Assembly (NCBI GenBank): GCA_965209035.1
Contig: OZ242372.1
Span: 160,001-224,000 of the forward strand
DNA: 64,000 nt
Source: Gammaproteobacteria bacterium
Lineage (GTDB): Bacteria; Pseudomonadota; Gammaproteobacteria; CBDBNL01; JAAOII01
Direction: 5' to 3'
A model generated the notes under the pieces. It saw only the letters and a program-made list of their open reading frames with translations. It was not told the origin of the DNA and did no database searches. The translations under genes and the position numbers were made by a program. Shown here piece after piece: positions 1 to 11,153 of the stretch (position 1 is the first letter of the stretch; each line of letters begins with the position of its first letter).

Positions 1-834
1 GTATTTGTCTATATCATTAATATCCCAATGATTCTCCTTGAAAAACTGATTACGCAGGTACAGACCGGCCAACAGATGCACCGACTGCACAGTGCCCACC
101 GCTTTGATTATTTTCTGCGTCTCTTCGGTTGCCGATATATTCTTTTCAACAAAAGCGTAGATCGCTTCCGCTATTTGATAAAGATCGCCTTGCTCTTCTT
201 GTTCCGGGTTGAGTTTGCTTAGTTCCCTATTCCATTCTTCCCGATGTTCGTCCACATATTCCATCAGCCCGCTACTTTCCAGTATCGCTTCACCGATGTC
301 GGTCATATTGAGAGGAGATGCTTTTTGAGAATATAAAGCGCGTTCTTCTTCAACCGAATCTCTCTTTGCCATGTTTCCCAAAACAGTAAGAATTTTTACG
401 GTATCACGATGCATATCTTCTCTTAAATCTGTTTTAACTTCTTTTATCTCCCCTCTTAACTCTGTTTTAACTTCTTTTATTTCTGTTCTAACTTCTTTTA
501 TTTCTGTTCTAACTTGTTTCATTTCTGTTTGGACTTCTTTTATTTTTGTTTGGACTTCTTTGATTTCTGTTTGGACTTCTTGTTGGCTCACTTCCAACCG
601 CTTGATACCCTTATATATTGAAATGAACGCATATTCGCCAATGAAACCAATCACAAGTGATAACAAAAATATCAAAAGTATCACAAACCAATTGTTTGCC
701 GAAACTTGCCCGTATGTAATCGCCGTGTCGTAAACAGTCATCGTGGATAAAACGGAAAATACAATAAGTCCCAAGGCCGCCGTGAATTTTGCACGACCGC
801 TTAATTTGAGATCTGTGCGTTTATTCATCGGCAA
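1..834 (-). CDS. Membrane-anchored heptad-repeat coiled-coil protein, copy 1 (3' end runs off the window)
   Basis: Near-identical to 1027..1923. TTG start at 834 follows a GAGGAGG RBS. It has one fewer 21-bp heptad unit than copy 2 and is absent from the ORF track because the stop lies outside the window. Confidence 0.8.
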   Translation of the reverse strand, partial: MPMNKRTDLKLSGRAKFTAALGLIVFSVLSTMTVYDTAITYGQVSANNWFVILLIFLLSLVIGFIGEYAFISIYKGIKRLEVSQQEVQTEIKEVQTKIKEVQTEMKQVRTEIKEVRTEIKEVKTELRGEIKEVKTDLREDMHRDTVKILTVLGNMAKRDSVEEERALYSQKASPLNMTDIGEAILESSGLMEYVDEHREEWNRELSKLNPEQEEQGDLYQIAEAIYAFVEKNISATEETQKIIKAVGTVQSVHLLAGLYLRNQFFKENHWDINDIDKY

Positions 835-1026
835 TCACTCCTCCTCAAATTCATAAAATAGTGTCCTCTATCCTCCCGCATTTGTTATGATGTTCCCCTT
901 TTTAATAAACTGCATTGCCATAACAATATTTACCGCAAAATCTTTTAGAAATTTTATCATTATATAATTCCAAACTCAGCGTCCGGAACCTTTCTGAGAT
1001 TATGCATCTTATTTTCTTTTCTTTCT

Positions 1027-1923
1027 TTAATGTTGATTGCGTTTGGATTTGCGTTCAGGTTTGGGTTCGTATTTGTCTATATCATTAATATCCCAATGAT
1101 TCTCCTTGAAAAACTGATTACGCAGGTACAGACCGGCCAACAGATGCACCGACTGCACAGTGCCCACCGCTTTGATTATTCCCTTCGTCTCTTCGGTTGC
1201 CGATATATTCCTTTCAACAAAAGCGTAGATCACTTCCGCAACTTGATAAAGATCGCCTTGCTCTTCTTGTTCCGAGTTAAGTTTTTTTAGATCCTTATTC
1301 CATTCTTCCCGATGCTCGTCCACATATTCCATCAGCCCGCTACTTTCCAGTATCGCTTCACCGATGTCGGTCATGTTGAGAGGAGATGCTTTTTGAGAAT
1401 ATAAAGCGCGTTCTTCTTCAACCGAATCTCTCTTTGCCATGTTTCCCAAAACAGTAAGAATTTTTACGGTATCACGATGCATATCTTCTCTTAAATCTGT
1501 TTTAACTTCTTTTATCTCCCCTCTTAACTCTGTTTTAACTTCTTTTATTTCTGTTCTAACTTCTTTTATTTCTGTTCTAACTTGTTTCATTTCTGTTTGG
1601 ACTTCTTTTATTTTTGTTTGGACTTCTTTGATTTCTGTTTGGACTTCTTTGATTTCTGTTTGGACTTCTTGTTGGCTCACTTCCAACCGCTTGATACCCT
1701 TATATATTGAAATGAACGCATATTCGCCAATGAAACCAATCACAAGTGATAACAAAAATATCAAAAGTATCACAAACCAATTGTTTGCCGAAACTTGCCC
1801 GTATGTAATCGCCGTGTCGTAAACAGTCATCGTGGATAAAACGGAAAATACAATAAGTCCCAAGGCCGCCGTGAATTTTGCACGACCGCTTAATTTGAGA
1901 TCTGTGCGTTTATTCATCGGCAA
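1027..1923 (-). CDS. Membrane-anchored heptad-repeat coiled-coil protein, copy 2 (hypothetical)
   Basis: 298-aa ORF with an AAGGAG RBS, two N-terminal hydrophobic segments, EIKEVQT-type heptads and a globular C-terminal domain. Confidence 0.8.
   Translation of the reverse strand: MPMNKRTDLKLSGRAKFTAALGLIVFSVLSTMTVYDTAITYGQVSANNWFVILLIFLLSLVIGFIGEYAFISIYKGIKRLEVSQQEVQTEIKEVQTEIKEVQTKIKEVQTEMKQVRTEIKEVRTEIKEVKTELRGEIKEVKTDLREDMHRDTVKILTVLGNMAKRDSVEEERALYSQKASPLNMTDIGEAILESSGLMEYVDEHREEWNKDLKKLNSEQEEQGDLYQVAEVIYAFVERNISATEETKGIIKAVGTVQSVHLLAGLYLRNQFFKENHWDINDIDKYEPKPERKSKRNQH
1490..1670. repeat. 21-bp coding tandem repeat (EIKEV[Q/R/K]T heptads)
   Basis: Units such as ttctgtttggacttctttgat. 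The equivalent array at ~420-580 is one unit shorter. Confidence 0.9.
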
Positions 1924-2119
1924 TCACTCCTTCTCAAATTAATGTTTCTCTTTTTAATAAACTGCATTGCCATAATGATATCTTACCACAAAATCTTTTA
2001 GAAATTTTATCATTATATAATTTCAAACTCAGCGTCCGGAACCTTTCTGAGATCATGCACATCATGTATCGTCTCGCCCGGTTTTGGACTGTTGTATGTG
2101 TTCTTTCCGTCAATGATCC

Positions 2120-2165
2120 GGTCGCACATGGTCGCACATGGCCGCACATGGCCGCACATGGCCGC
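2120..2165. repeat. 10-bp tandem repeat (g[t/c]cgcacatg) x4.5
   Basis: gtcgcacatg gtcgcacatg gccgcacatg gccgcacatg gccgc, read directly. Confidence 0.9.
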
Positions 2166-2382
2166 CGTGCGTAACCCGGTCGTTTGCGATTAACACGGAT
2201 GAGCCGGCTGCCGCGTCTGCGATGGGGATCTTGAAGTCGGACGGATATTTCGGTTTTAGAAAAATTGGAAAAAAACAGCGGATAATGACATCAAAGCGGT
2301 CCCCGTTGCCTAAAATAAATGCAAATATGATTAATTTTTATTCGCACAACACTCAATTCAAAATTTAATTCAAACAAACGAT

Positions 2383-2721
2383 ATGACCAGAAGATGTGAA
2401 GTCACCGGTATGTTGCCTATGGCGGGGAACAATGTGTCTCATGCCAACAACAAGACCAAGCGGCGTTTCTTGCCTAACCTGCACAAACGCAGATTTTGGC
2501 ACCCGGGACGCAATCAATTTATACGCTTACGGGTTTCCGCGCGGGGTATCCGCATGATCGACAAGTATGGCTTGGAGGAAGTATTATCCGCGCTTGAGTC
2601 CGGCCGCAAGTTCAAGAAACCGAAAAACCCGGTGCCCGAAACGGGCGCAAACCAGGCGTCCGAATCCGGCACAAACCCGCCGACAGCCGAATCCTCATCG
2701 GAGGAATCAGTAAAAGAATAA
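2383..2721 (+). CDS. rpmB: 50S ribosomal protein L28 with low-complexity C-terminal extension
   Basis: [28 protein letters not shown] signature; followed by rpmG. Confidence 0.97.
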   Translation: MTRRCEVTGMLPMAGNNVSHANNKTKRRFLPNLHKRRFWHPGRNQFIRLRVSARGIRMIDKYGLEEVLSALESGRKFKKPKNPVPETGANQASESGTNPPTAESSSEESVKE

Positions 2722-2745
2722 TTAAAAAGCAATAAAAAAAGAATT

Positions 2746-2910
2746 ATGCGCGACAAAATCAAACTTGTATCCACAGCCAAGACCGGACATTTTTATGTGA
2801 CAGCCGTCAACAAAAAAAATGCCACGGGGAACAGAGAAAAACTGAGCCTCAAAAAATACGACCCTGTGGTGCGAAAACATGTAGTTTACAAAGAAGAGAA
2901 AATTAAATAG
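2746..2910 (+). CDS. rpmG: 50S ribosomal protein L33 (Cys-free type)
   Basis: Manual translation [17 protein letters not shown]...[19 protein letters not shown] (54 aa, below the ORF-track cutoff), directly after rpmB. Confidence 0.96.
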   Translation: MRDKIKLVSTAKTGHFYVTAVNKKNATGNREKLSLKKYDPVVRKHVVYKEEKIK

Positions 2911-3160
2911 TCGGACATTCTTTGTCAACACAGATGATAAAAATAACGGCACACTTTTTTGTTGTCCGTTATTTTTTTTTACTTCGTTTCCAAACTCTTT
3001 TTTTCGCGGTTTTTTCCGCGTTTTTCCCCGCGGTTTTCCCCGCGTTTTTGAATGTATCCAAGGTACCCCTAACCCGCCCGCCCTTTCCTTTATCCGCAAC
3101 AAACCCGGGGCATAAAAGGTGTTGCGTTCGCCGGCACAGTCCTAGAAATAAAGGAAATAA

Positions 3161-4321
3161 ATGAAACAAAGACCGCCTGTCAAAAGTATGTCACCCAAAA
3201 GAGCGGTTCTCGGTTTGGCCGACGGCATGTCCCTGTTTGGCTATTCTTACGGAAAAACAAAACGCACCGCCGGCGAATTGGTATTCAATACTTCCATAAC
3301 CGGCTACCAAGAGATCATTACAGATCCTTCGTATATGGGGCAAATGATACTCTTCACTTATCCGCACATCGGCAATACCGGTACAAACGATGAGGATAAC
3401 GAATCTCTAAAAATTCATGCCGCCGGCGTCGTGATAAGAGATATTAGCCCGCTCGCTTCCAATTGGCGCGCCAAGGACACCTTAGATAGATTTCTTAAGA
3501 AAGGAAATTGCCCCGCCATTTACGGGCTGGATACGCGGATGCTAACCCGTCACCTGCGAGATCATGGTTGTCAAAATGCGGCGATTGTTCCTTTTGATCA
3601 AAAAACAGACGAGAGAGTCGCGGCAAGCCTGGCCGTCGCGAACGCGCGCAAGCATCCGGCCATAGAATCCAAAAACCTGGCGGAACTTGCCGCAGGCGGC
3701 GGCAAGGCGTTCATTCAAAAAAGATCTTCCGCCAAAGGCAAACGGGGACCGATTGTCCTGACATACGATTGCGGCATCAAGCACAACATTATTCGTAACC
3801 TGGAAAAACGTAATTGCCGGGTTGTTTTGGCAACCCCGGACGAATCGGCATCCGCACTCCTACAAAAACACAAACCAAACGGAATTCTAATCTCCAACGG
3901 ACCCGGTGACCCGGCCGCATGCCAAAAAATCATAAACGATATTCAGTTTTTTCTGCAACAGCGTATCCCGCTGTTTGGTATTTGTCTGGGACATCAATTG
4001 CTCGGGTTGGCAGCCGGCATGCACACTGTCAAGTTAAAGTTCGGACATCATGGGGCAAATCATCCGGTGCTGGATCATACCGACGGGATGATTCTTATTA
4101 GCAGTCAAAATCACAACTTTGCACTCGGCGAAACGGATCTCCCCAAGAACATACGCATCAGCCATCGCTCGCTGTTTGACAATACCATTCAAGGAATTGA
4201 GTTAACCGATTGCCCGGCATTTGCCTTTCAAGGGCATCCGGAAGCATCACCGGGACCGCACGAAGGCGAATATTTGTTTGACAAGTTCCTGCAAATGATC
4301 CAAAAACATGCCCGCGCGTAA
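3161..4321 (+). CDS. carA: Carbamoyl-phosphate synthase small subunit
   Basis: [35 protein letters not shown] and [11 protein letters not shown] motifs. Confidence 0.98.
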   Translation: MKQRPPVKSMSPKRAVLGLADGMSLFGYSYGKTKRTAGELVFNTSITGYQEIITDPSYMGQMILFTYPHIGNTGTNDEDNESLKIHAAGVVIRDISPLASNWRAKDTLDRFLKKGNCPAIYGLDTRMLTRHLRDHGCQNAAIVPFDQKTDERVAASLAVANARKHPAIESKNLAELAAGGGKAFIQKRSSAKGKRGPIVLTYDCGIKHNIIRNLEKRNCRVVLATPDESASALLQKHKPNGILISNGPGDPAACQKIINDIQFFLQQRIPLFGICLGHQLLGLAAGMHTVKLKFGHHGANHPVLDHTDGMILISSQNHNFALGETDLPKNIRISHRSLFDNTIQGIELTDCPAFAFQGHPEASPGPHEGEYLFDKFLQMIQKHARA

Positions 4322-7300
4322 GGATCTGAAGAAAATTTTGTTAATCGGCTCGGGGCCGATTATCATTGGTCAGGCCTGTGAGTTTGACTATTCGGGCGTT
4401 CAAGCGTGTCGTGCCCTGCGCGAGGAAGGATGTGAAGTCATTCTTGTTAACTCAAATCCCGCCACGATCATGACAGACCCGCAAGTGGCGGACAAAACTT
4501 ACCTTGAACCATTGGTGCCGGCAACACTGCAAAAAATCATTAAACGGGAAAAGCCGGATGCCGTCTTACCCACCATGGGCGGCCAAACGGCACTCAATCT
4601 CACCATGCAACTGGAAGAGTTTCTCAAAAAGCAACGGGTGGAAATCATCGGCGCTTCCATGAAAACGATCAATAAAGCCGAGAACCGCGAAGAATTTACC
4701 AAAGCCATGCATCACATCGGCCTCAAAACACCCAAAGCATTAATTGCCAAAAACATTCAAGAAGCATTGGAAGCCTGCGAGGAACTGGGTTTTCCGATCA
4801 TCATCCGCCCCTCCTTCACACTGGGCGGCAGCGGCGGCGGAATTGCTTACAACAGAGAAGAATTTCTGCAAATCTGCCACAGCGGTTTTCAACTCTCGCC
4901 GGTGCATAGCATTCAACTGGACAAATCTCTCATCGGCTGGAAAGAATATGAACTGGAAGTTGTCCGCGATCGCAAGGATAACTGCATTATCGTCTGCTCC
5001 ATTGAAAACCTGGACCCGATGGGAATTCATACGGGCGACTCTGTCACGGTGGCGCCGGTTCAAACTCTGACCGACAAAGAATACCAAAAAATGCGAACAT
5101 CGGCTATCCGTGTCCTGCGCGAAGTCGGTGTGGAAACCGGCGGTGCAAATGTGCAGTTTGCCGTTTGCCCGACAACCGGCGAGCAGTTAGTTGTGGAAAT
5201 GAACCCGCGCGTATCCCGCTCCTCGGCATTGGCATCCAAAGCCACCGGGTTTCCCATAGCGCGCGTGGCGGCAAAACTTGCCATCGGCTATACTCTGGAC
5301 GAACTTTGCAATGAAATTACCGGCAATGCCATACCCTCTTCGTTTGAGCCCACCATAGACTATGTGGTAACCAAAATCCCGCGCTTTGATTTCAGGAAGT
5401 TTGAACTTGCCGACAGCAGGCTCACCACGCAAATGAAATCGGTCGGCGAAGTCATGGCAATTGGCCGCAACTTTAATGAATCCCTGCAAAAAGCACTGGC
5501 GGGATTGGAAAACGGTTTTTCCGGTCTTAACCCAATTTGCCCCGCGGAAAATCCTAACGAAATTAGCGAAATTAGCAAAATTTTGGAACGCGAACTCAAG
5601 TCCCCCCGCCCGGAACGTCTCTTTTATATTGCCGATGCCCTTCGGTATCATTGGACCTGCGAAAAAATTCATCGCCTAACCGGCATAGACCCTTGGTTTA
5701 TCGCGCACCTGCAAAAACTTGTCCGAATGGAAAACGATTTGGCAAACAAAAAAATCGGGAATCTCGATATGGAGGAACTGCGCTCTTACAAACGCGAAGG
5801 TTTCACAGACATACGACTAGCGGAACTCCTGGGCGGCGACGAACACCGGATGCGCGCCGCCCGGCACAAGTTTGGACTGCATCCCGTTTACAAACGGGTC
5901 GATTCCTGTGCGGCCGAGTTTCCCGCGGCGAGTGCTTATCTGTATTCAACCTATGATACCGAGTGTGAAGCAACCCCATCCGACAAACAAAAGATTGTGG
6001 TACTTGGCAGCGGTCCGAACCGCATCGGACAAGGAATAGAGTTTGATTATTGTTGTGTTCATGTCACCCAAGAAATTCGGAATATGGGTTTTGAAGCGAT
6101 TATGATTAATTGCAATCCCGAAACAGTTTCCACAGACTACGACATTTCGGATAAGTTGTATTTTGAACCGCTGACTTTGGAACACACATTGGAAGTCATT
6201 CGGCGGGAAAATCCCTGCGGCACTCTGGTGCAATACGGAGGGCAAACACCGCTGAAACTGGCAATGCCCTTAACAAAAGAAGGGGTTAGTCTGCTCGGCA
6301 CTTCGGCACAGGTCATTGACAAGGCGGAAGATCGGGAAGAGTTCCGGCACATCATTGAGCAACTGAAACTCAAGCAAGCAAAAAACGCCACCTTCACGAG
6401 TGCCGAGAAGGCCGGCAAGTATGCGGATAAAACGGGTTACCCGTTAATTGTTCGTCCCTCTTATGTTCTCGGCGGGCAAGCAATGCGGGTGGTGTTTAAC
6501 AACAAAGAACTTGCGGAATACTTTACCGAAGCCGTGCGCGTATCCGGTAAAAACCCCGTTCTGCTGGACACTTTTTTGGACAGAGCCACGGAGGTGGATG
6601 TGGATGCCGTCAGTGACGGGAAAGATACTTTTATTGGCGGGATCATGCAGCATATTGAAGAGGCGGGAGTGCACTCGGGGGATTCTTCGGCATGCATACC
6701 GCCGCATTCTCTGCTGCCGGGGCAGGTCCGAGAAATTGCCCGTCAAACCCGCTTACTCGCCAAAACGCTCGGGGTCTGCGGGCTTCTCAACATTCAGTTT
6801 GCAATTCAAGACAAAAACATTTATGTTTTGGAAATCAATCCGCGCGCATCCCGCACCACGCCGTTTATTTCAAAAGTGATCGGGCTTTCATTGCCGAGAC
6901 TGGCTGTCAAGATTGCCCTGGGCGCAACCCTAAAAGATTTGCTGGGAGACCGCCTCAACGCGATATCGCCTCCTCATTCTTACTATGCGGTCAAAGAATC
7001 CGTCTTTCCGTTCAATAAGTTTCCCGGCACGGATCCCATTTTGGGGCCGGAAATGAAATCCACCGGCGAGGTCATGGGCATTGGCACCACCTTTGCCGAG
7101 GCCTATTACAAGGCATCGCTTGCCGCCGGCATGAACATAGAATCGCTGCACAAACACAAAAGCCCCAAAGTATTTATCAGTGTGCGCGACAAAGACAAGA
7201 CGGCGGCTGTCGCCCTGGCGCGTCGTCTTCTAAAACTCGGTTTTGAACTGATTGTCACCAGCGGGACGGGGCAAGTGATGCAACAGCACAAGGTTGCGCA

Positions 7301-7556
7301 TCGCCTCATCAACAAAGTTTACGAAGGAAGTCCGCACATAGTGGACATGATCAAAAACAAGGAAATTCATTTCATTGTCAATACTTGCGAAGGAAGGCAG
7401 TCCGTTGCCGATTCGGCAAGTATCCGCACCCAAGCATTACAACACAACCTTTGCTATACAACGACCATCGGCGGCGGTGATTCTCTTGTCGCCGCCCTGG
7501 AACATCAAAAAACCGATACGCTGCTCTCTCTGCAAGAAATCCTCGCCAACTCCTAA
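4308..7556 (+). CDS. carB: Carbamoyl-phosphate synthase large subunit
   Basis: [17 protein letters not shown], duplicated ATP-grasp halves, [12 protein letters not shown] and a C-terminal MGS-like domain. Confidence 0.99.
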   Translation: MPARKDLKKILLIGSGPIIIGQACEFDYSGVQACRALREEGCEVILVNSNPATIMTDPQVADKTYLEPLVPATLQKIIKREKPDAVLPTMGGQTALNLTMQLEEFLKKQRVEIIGASMKTINKAENREEFTKAMHHIGLKTPKALIAKNIQEALEACEELGFPIIIRPSFTLGGSGGGIAYNREEFLQICHSGFQLSPVHSIQLDKSLIGWKEYELEVVRDRKDNCIIVCSIENLDPMGIHTGDSVTVAPVQTLTDKEYQKMRTSAIRVLREVGVETGGANVQFAVCPTTGEQLVVEMNPRVSRSSALASKATGFPIARVAAKLAIGYTLDELCNEITGNAIPSSFEPTIDYVVTKIPRFDFRKFELADSRLTTQMKSVGEVMAIGRNFNESLQKALAGLENGFSGLNPICPAENPNEISEISKILERELKSPRPERLFYIADALRYHWTCEKIHRLTGIDPWFIAHLQKLVRMENDLANKKIGNLDMEELRSYKREGFTDIRLAELLGGDEHRMRAARHKFGLHPVYKRVDSCAAEFPAASAYLYSTYDTECEATPSDKQKIVVLGSGPNRIGQGIEFDYCCVHVTQEIRNMGFEAIMINCNPETVSTDYDISDKLYFEPLTLEHTLEVIRRENPCGTLVQYGGQTPLKLAMPLTKEGVSLLGTSAQVIDKAEDREEFRHIIEQLKLKQAKNATFTSAEKAGKYADKTGYPLIVRPSYVLGGQAMRVVFNNKELAEYFTEAVRVSGKNPVLLDTFLDRATEVDVDAVSDGKDTFIGGIMQHIEEAGVHSGDSSACIPPHSLLPGQVREIARQTRLLAKTLGVCGLLNIQFAIQDKNIYVLEINPRASRTTPFISKVIGLSLPRLAVKIALGATLKDLLGDRLNAISPPHSYYAVKESVFPFNKFPGTDPILGPEMKSTGEVMGIGTTFAEAYYKASLAAGMNIESLHKHKSPKVFISVRDKDKTAAVALARRLLKLGFELIVTSGTGQVMQQHKVAHRLINKVYEGSPHIVDMIKNKEIHFIVNTCEGRQSVADSASIRTQALQHNLCYTTTIGGGDSLVAALEHQKTDTLLSLQEILANS

Positions 7557-7838
7557 TCTGTCCCATCCCACCCGGTCTTGGACTCTGCGTGTTTGTCCGC
7601 ACCGGGCCTCCGAACACCCGAACACCCGAACACCCGAATAAAAAACCGACACGCTGCCTGACACGCTGCCCTCTCTGCAAGAAATTCTTGCCAAAAACTA
7701 ATCTGTCTCATCCCACCCGGTCTTGAACTCTGCCTGTTTGTCCGCACCGGGCCTCCGAACACCCGAACACCCGAATAAAAAAACCGACACACTGCCCTCT
7801 CTGCAAGAAATCCTCGCCAAAAACTAATCTGTCCTTAA
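7507..7838 (+). repeat. Tandem ~130-145 bp direct repeats containing the carB 3' end and an internal (ccgaacac)n microsatellite
   Basis: ctctctgcaagaaat..cgccaa..ctaatctgtc occurs three times and catcccacccggtcttg.actctg..tgtttgtccgcaccgggcctccgaacaccc twice. A further copy is at 10450-10603. Confidence 0.9.
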
Positions 7839-8099
7839 AGAAAGAAAAAGAAAGAAAGATAAGAGTTTCGGTTTTTATGCTTTTATGCTTTTTGTGGTTT
7901 TAATGGCTTCTTATCACTGACTCCCGCTGCTTCCTTTAAAGCACCGGATTGATAAGAGATGGATCAAGGCTTGATGTTGTAGAAAAATTGCGGCTTATTA
8001 AAGATGGACTCTTTGCCGCACACGCATCTCCGTTTCACAGAAGATTCACAGACACTTCGTCTTTATTTCACAGCCACTGCATCGCCGCCAAAATGATCT

Positions 8100-8124
8100 G
8101 TTTGGCTCGCCGAAGCGGCCAAAC
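8100..8124 (-). terminator. Hairpin with cTTCGg tetraloop downstream of the lipoprotein gene; possible terminator or stabiliser
   Basis: Minus strand gtttggc-cgc-TTCG-gcg-a-gccaaac, ~50 bp after the stop at 8177; only a weak U-tract follows. Confidence 0.4.
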
Positions 8125-8176
8125 GAACTCTCGGTCTGCTTCTTGCTCTCGTTTCTACTTGCCCGCTGCTGACAGT

Positions 8177-10345
8177 CTACTGCCGTTGCTGCTGCTCTTC
8201 TACGCTGACAGGAAGACAGTTCAAAACGGGGTATTGGTTGGCATCGCCCAGATCCCAGAGACGCTCGAAGGAGCCGCCGGGGTCCGTCCTATTTTCTTGT
8301 ATCTCGAGACTATCCGGATCACACCAGAAGTTGCCCCAATCGGCATAGATGCCGGTGAAAGTGGTCGGGTTTTGCAACTGTGCAGTTGCCAGAGGTGTGC
8401 CGTCGACCGTGAATCCGCTAATGCCCAATTGTCCGGTAGTCTGATTGTCCCAATAAGAGTCCGTGACCATTATGTTACTAGGGTTGCCAACAAGTCCACC
8501 GGTTACAGGCGCATCAGGACTAATATGACCGACAATGGGGCCGTTGGCCACATAAGAATAAGAGACTTTTGTCCGATGTCCTACACCAACCAAACCACCA
8601 GTAGAGATTCCACCGGAAACACTGCCACCGACTATATAAACATGACGAAGTTCTGCATCCGTGGCACTACCCACAGCACCACCGACCGCACTATCGGACA
8701 AAAGAGTAACACCGGACACGGACACAGCATAAATATTATTATCTCTCCCAAGACCGACTAGACCACCAACCGTAATAAAACCTCTAATAGTAACATCGGA
8801 CACGGACACACCACGAATATTAACGCTTACTAATGATGAATCGACATCATCGCCATCACCAATCAGACCACCCACAGCACGCGCTGACGGACTCATGATC
8901 ATTCCCCCGGCGATTGTCAGATCTGCAAAGAGGCCAGCAAATGCCTTGCCTACCAGCAGCCCCACATCATTGGCACCGCCACGGACATTCACATCTCGGA
9001 GATGCAGATTTTGGATAGTGCCCTTTCCACTTAAGGCACCAAACAAGCCGACACCGTTGGCACTATTACTCGCAGCAATAAACAGATCCGCAATCGCATA
9101 ACCCCGACCGTCAAACATTGCCGTATAAGAGGTGCAAACATCATTGGCAGTACAGGAGCCAATCGGCACCCAGCCGCTGCCCTCGCGATCCGTCCAAGTA
9201 GATTGCTTGTCGCTGTTCTCTTCATAAGATGCCTCTTGACTAAAGTTCAACGAGCGGGCCAGTTCATAACCCAAGCAGCCGCCGTCGGGACAGCCCGCAG
9301 AACCCACAGGAGTAATTCCCGGAAACACATTGTCATCCTCCCCATCGCCATCCAGATCATCGCGCAGTAGAGCTAATTGATCCAAAGTGCGAATCTCTAT
9401 TAAGCCGTTATTGTCATCATCCATATCTTCCGTCAAAGGCGATGTCGTGCAACCCGGCACCAAACTATCCGGCTTGTCGTCATTATCTGTGTCGGTACTC
9501 GCGCAGGCATCGGTCTCGAATGCATCCGTTGCATCCGGAACACCATCATTATCATCGTCCAAATCTGCCGTCAAGTCTGTATCACAGCCGGCAACCAAAG
9601 TATCCGGGATGCCATCTTCGTCCGTATCGGTGCCGGCACAGGCATCCGCTCGGAATGCATCCGTTGCATCCAAAACTCCGTCTCCGTCAATGTCTCCATC
9701 GGGGTTAATTCGCGCAGATCCGGTCCTCGCCGGGCCGGGCGGCGAAAAAGATGCCGAGCGGCTATTTTCATAGATCACCATAATCGTCAGTGTGTAGTTG
9801 GCATTGTCCGTCAGATCCTCAATCGTGACGATCACGCGCGCCTCTGCCGAGACATTGACATCCGCAGCCGTGAATACCTGCGCGTCGCCGTCGTTCGGAT
9901 CTGCCGTATTTTCCCAGAAAACATTAAATCTGTTAATATCCGGTTGATTCGGATTCTTCCAAGCGACCACAATACTCGTATCCGTATTCCCCGCCACAAA
10001 CTCAACTGTGGAAACGGGTGCGGGGCCGCCACCACCTGAACCGCCGCCACCGCCGCCACCACCACCGCCACAGCCGACAAGAAGCAAAGCAAAGCCCAAC
10101 ATACCCGTCAGCAGAGCGGTGCCTAATGAACAAGACGAACGGGATGAACGAAATGACCGTTTCAGCCGCAAGGAAGCATTCGCTGCCGGAGTGGGCGGCC
10201 ATGCAAGCCGACCGGCAACCCAGCCGCCAAACGACATCATAGTATTGAAAATATCATTAAAGCCCTGTGCGCATGCCGGGCGGGACAGTCGGACGGATGT
10301 TTCTCTCACCGACCGAACTGATAAAAGGTTTAACTTATTGAGCAT
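8177..10345 (-). CDS. Surface lipoprotein: lipobox, poly-Gly linker, FN3-like domain, TSP3-like Asp-rich repeats, GLUG-repeat module
   Basis: FALLLVG-C followed by a Gly run; DxDxDG repeats with Cys; repeated VGGLVG; C-terminal FWCxP..WDLG..QYPxLxC. The true start may be downstream of 10345. Confidence 0.8.
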   Translation of the reverse strand: MLNKLNLLSVRSVRETSVRLSRPACAQGFNDIFNTMMSFGGWVAGRLAWPPTPAANASLRLKRSFRSSRSSCSLGTALLTGMLGFALLLVGCGGGGGGGGGGSGGGGPAPVSTVEFVAGNTDTSIVVAWKNPNQPDINRFNVFWENTADPNDGDAQVFTAADVNVSAEARVIVTIEDLTDNANYTLTIMVIYENSRSASFSPPGPARTGSARINPDGDIDGDGVLDATDAFRADACAGTDTDEDGIPDTLVAGCDTDLTADLDDDNDGVPDATDAFETDACASTDTDNDDKPDSLVPGCTTSPLTEDMDDDNNGLIEIRTLDQLALLRDDLDGDGEDDNVFPGITPVGSAGCPDGGCLGYELARSLNFSQEASYEENSDKQSTWTDREGSGWVPIGSCTANDVCTSYTAMFDGRGYAIADLFIAASNSANGVGLFGALSGKGTIQNLHLRDVNVRGGANDVGLLVGKAFAGLFADLTIAGGMIMSPSARAVGGLIGDGDDVDSSLVSVNIRGVSVSDVTIRGFITVGGLVGLGRDNNIYAVSVSGVTLLSDSAVGGAVGSATDAELRHVYIVGGSVSGGISTGGLVGVGHRTKVSYSYVANGPIVGHISPDAPVTGGLVGNPSNIMVTDSYWDNQTTGQLGISGFTVDGTPLATAQLQNPTTFTGIYADWGNFWCDPDSLEIQENRTDPGGSFERLWDLGDANQYPVLNCLPVSVEEQQQRQ

Positions 10346-10449
10346 TTTTTAATATGGTTACGAATTAATTTTTATAAAAATTTTGTAGACTTTCATTATA
10401 ACTTAACTTTCAAAATAATCATCATGCAAATCATTATGCAATGTTGTAA

Positions 10450-10603
10450 CATCCCATCCGGTTTTGGACTCTGCGTGTTTGTCCGCACCGGGCCGCCGAA
10501 CACCCGAACATCCGAATAAAAAAACCGACACGCTGCCCGACATTTTGCCCGACACACGGCCCTCTCTGCAAGAAATCCTCGCCAAAACTTAATCTGTCCT
10601 TAA
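10450..10603 (+). repeat. Distal direct-repeat copy of the carB-3'-containing element
   Basis: catcccatccggttttggactctgcgtgtttgtccgcaccggg...ctctctgcaagaaatcctcgccaaaacttaatctgtccttaa matches ~7709-7838. Confidence 0.9.
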
Positions 10604-10721
10604 TATAAAGATTTTAGTTTTTGCGGCTTCTTATAATATCCTTATGGTTACTATTTTTGCTAACTTGCTTAAAAACTAAAACAATATAATTAATCTTAAA
10701 TAATAAATCAATAATAATTCA

Positions 10722-11147
10722 ATGATGTTTAAAAAAATTACTTCTTGGGTGCTTTCTTTGTGGATCGCCTTTGTATTTGTTCAATCCTTATTCTTTAAAT
10801 TCACCAATTCGCCGGATACGCAACACATTTTCGGCACCATTGGCGATTGGATGCAAACAAATTTTTTACAGCCCCTGGCAACCCCGTTTGCTCTTTACGG
10901 CGGCTATACCATAGGAACTTTGGAATTGATCGCCTCGATCTTTCTGATTATTCTCCCGCGCTATCGCCCTTTGGGGGCTATGCTGGCATTGTGCCTAATG
11001 ACAGGCGCGATCTTCTTTCATGTTTTTACTCCGTTGGGAATCAATGTGCAAGGAGACGGCGGCATTCTGTTTTACATGGCATGCTCCGTATGGGTAGCCG
11101 CATTCATCCTCTTGGCAGTTACCGGTCGCGCCCGTTGGGCGGTTTGA
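10722..11147 (+). CDS. DoxX-like small inner-membrane protein
   Basis: Four hydrophobic segments; QSLFFKF, IGTLELIA and MTGAIFFH motifs. Confidence 0.7.
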   Translation: MMFKKITSWVLSLWIAFVFVQSLFFKFTNSPDTQHIFGTIGDWMQTNFLQPLATPFALYGGYTIGTLELIASIFLIILPRYRPLGAMLALCLMTGAIFFHVFTPLGINVQGDGGILFYMACSVWVAAFILLAVTGRARWAV

Positions 11148-11153
11148 CGGTTT

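Noticed and set aside
100-1310. Diversity-generating retroelement TR/VR pair (also considered for the A1/A3 C-termini)
   Set aside because: Differences include T/C changes (ctt/ctc, tcg/ccg, gtg/gcg), so they are not adenine-specific, and no reverse transcriptase is visible.
371-1822. Plus-strand hydrophobic repeat ORFs (371..733, 1439..1822)
   Set aside because: Antisense of the heptad repeats; the minus-strand frame has the RBS and a coherent architecture.
7507-7838. Possible CRISPR array
   Set aside because: Whole ~130-145 bp units repeat with no unique spacers, and no cas genes are present in the window.
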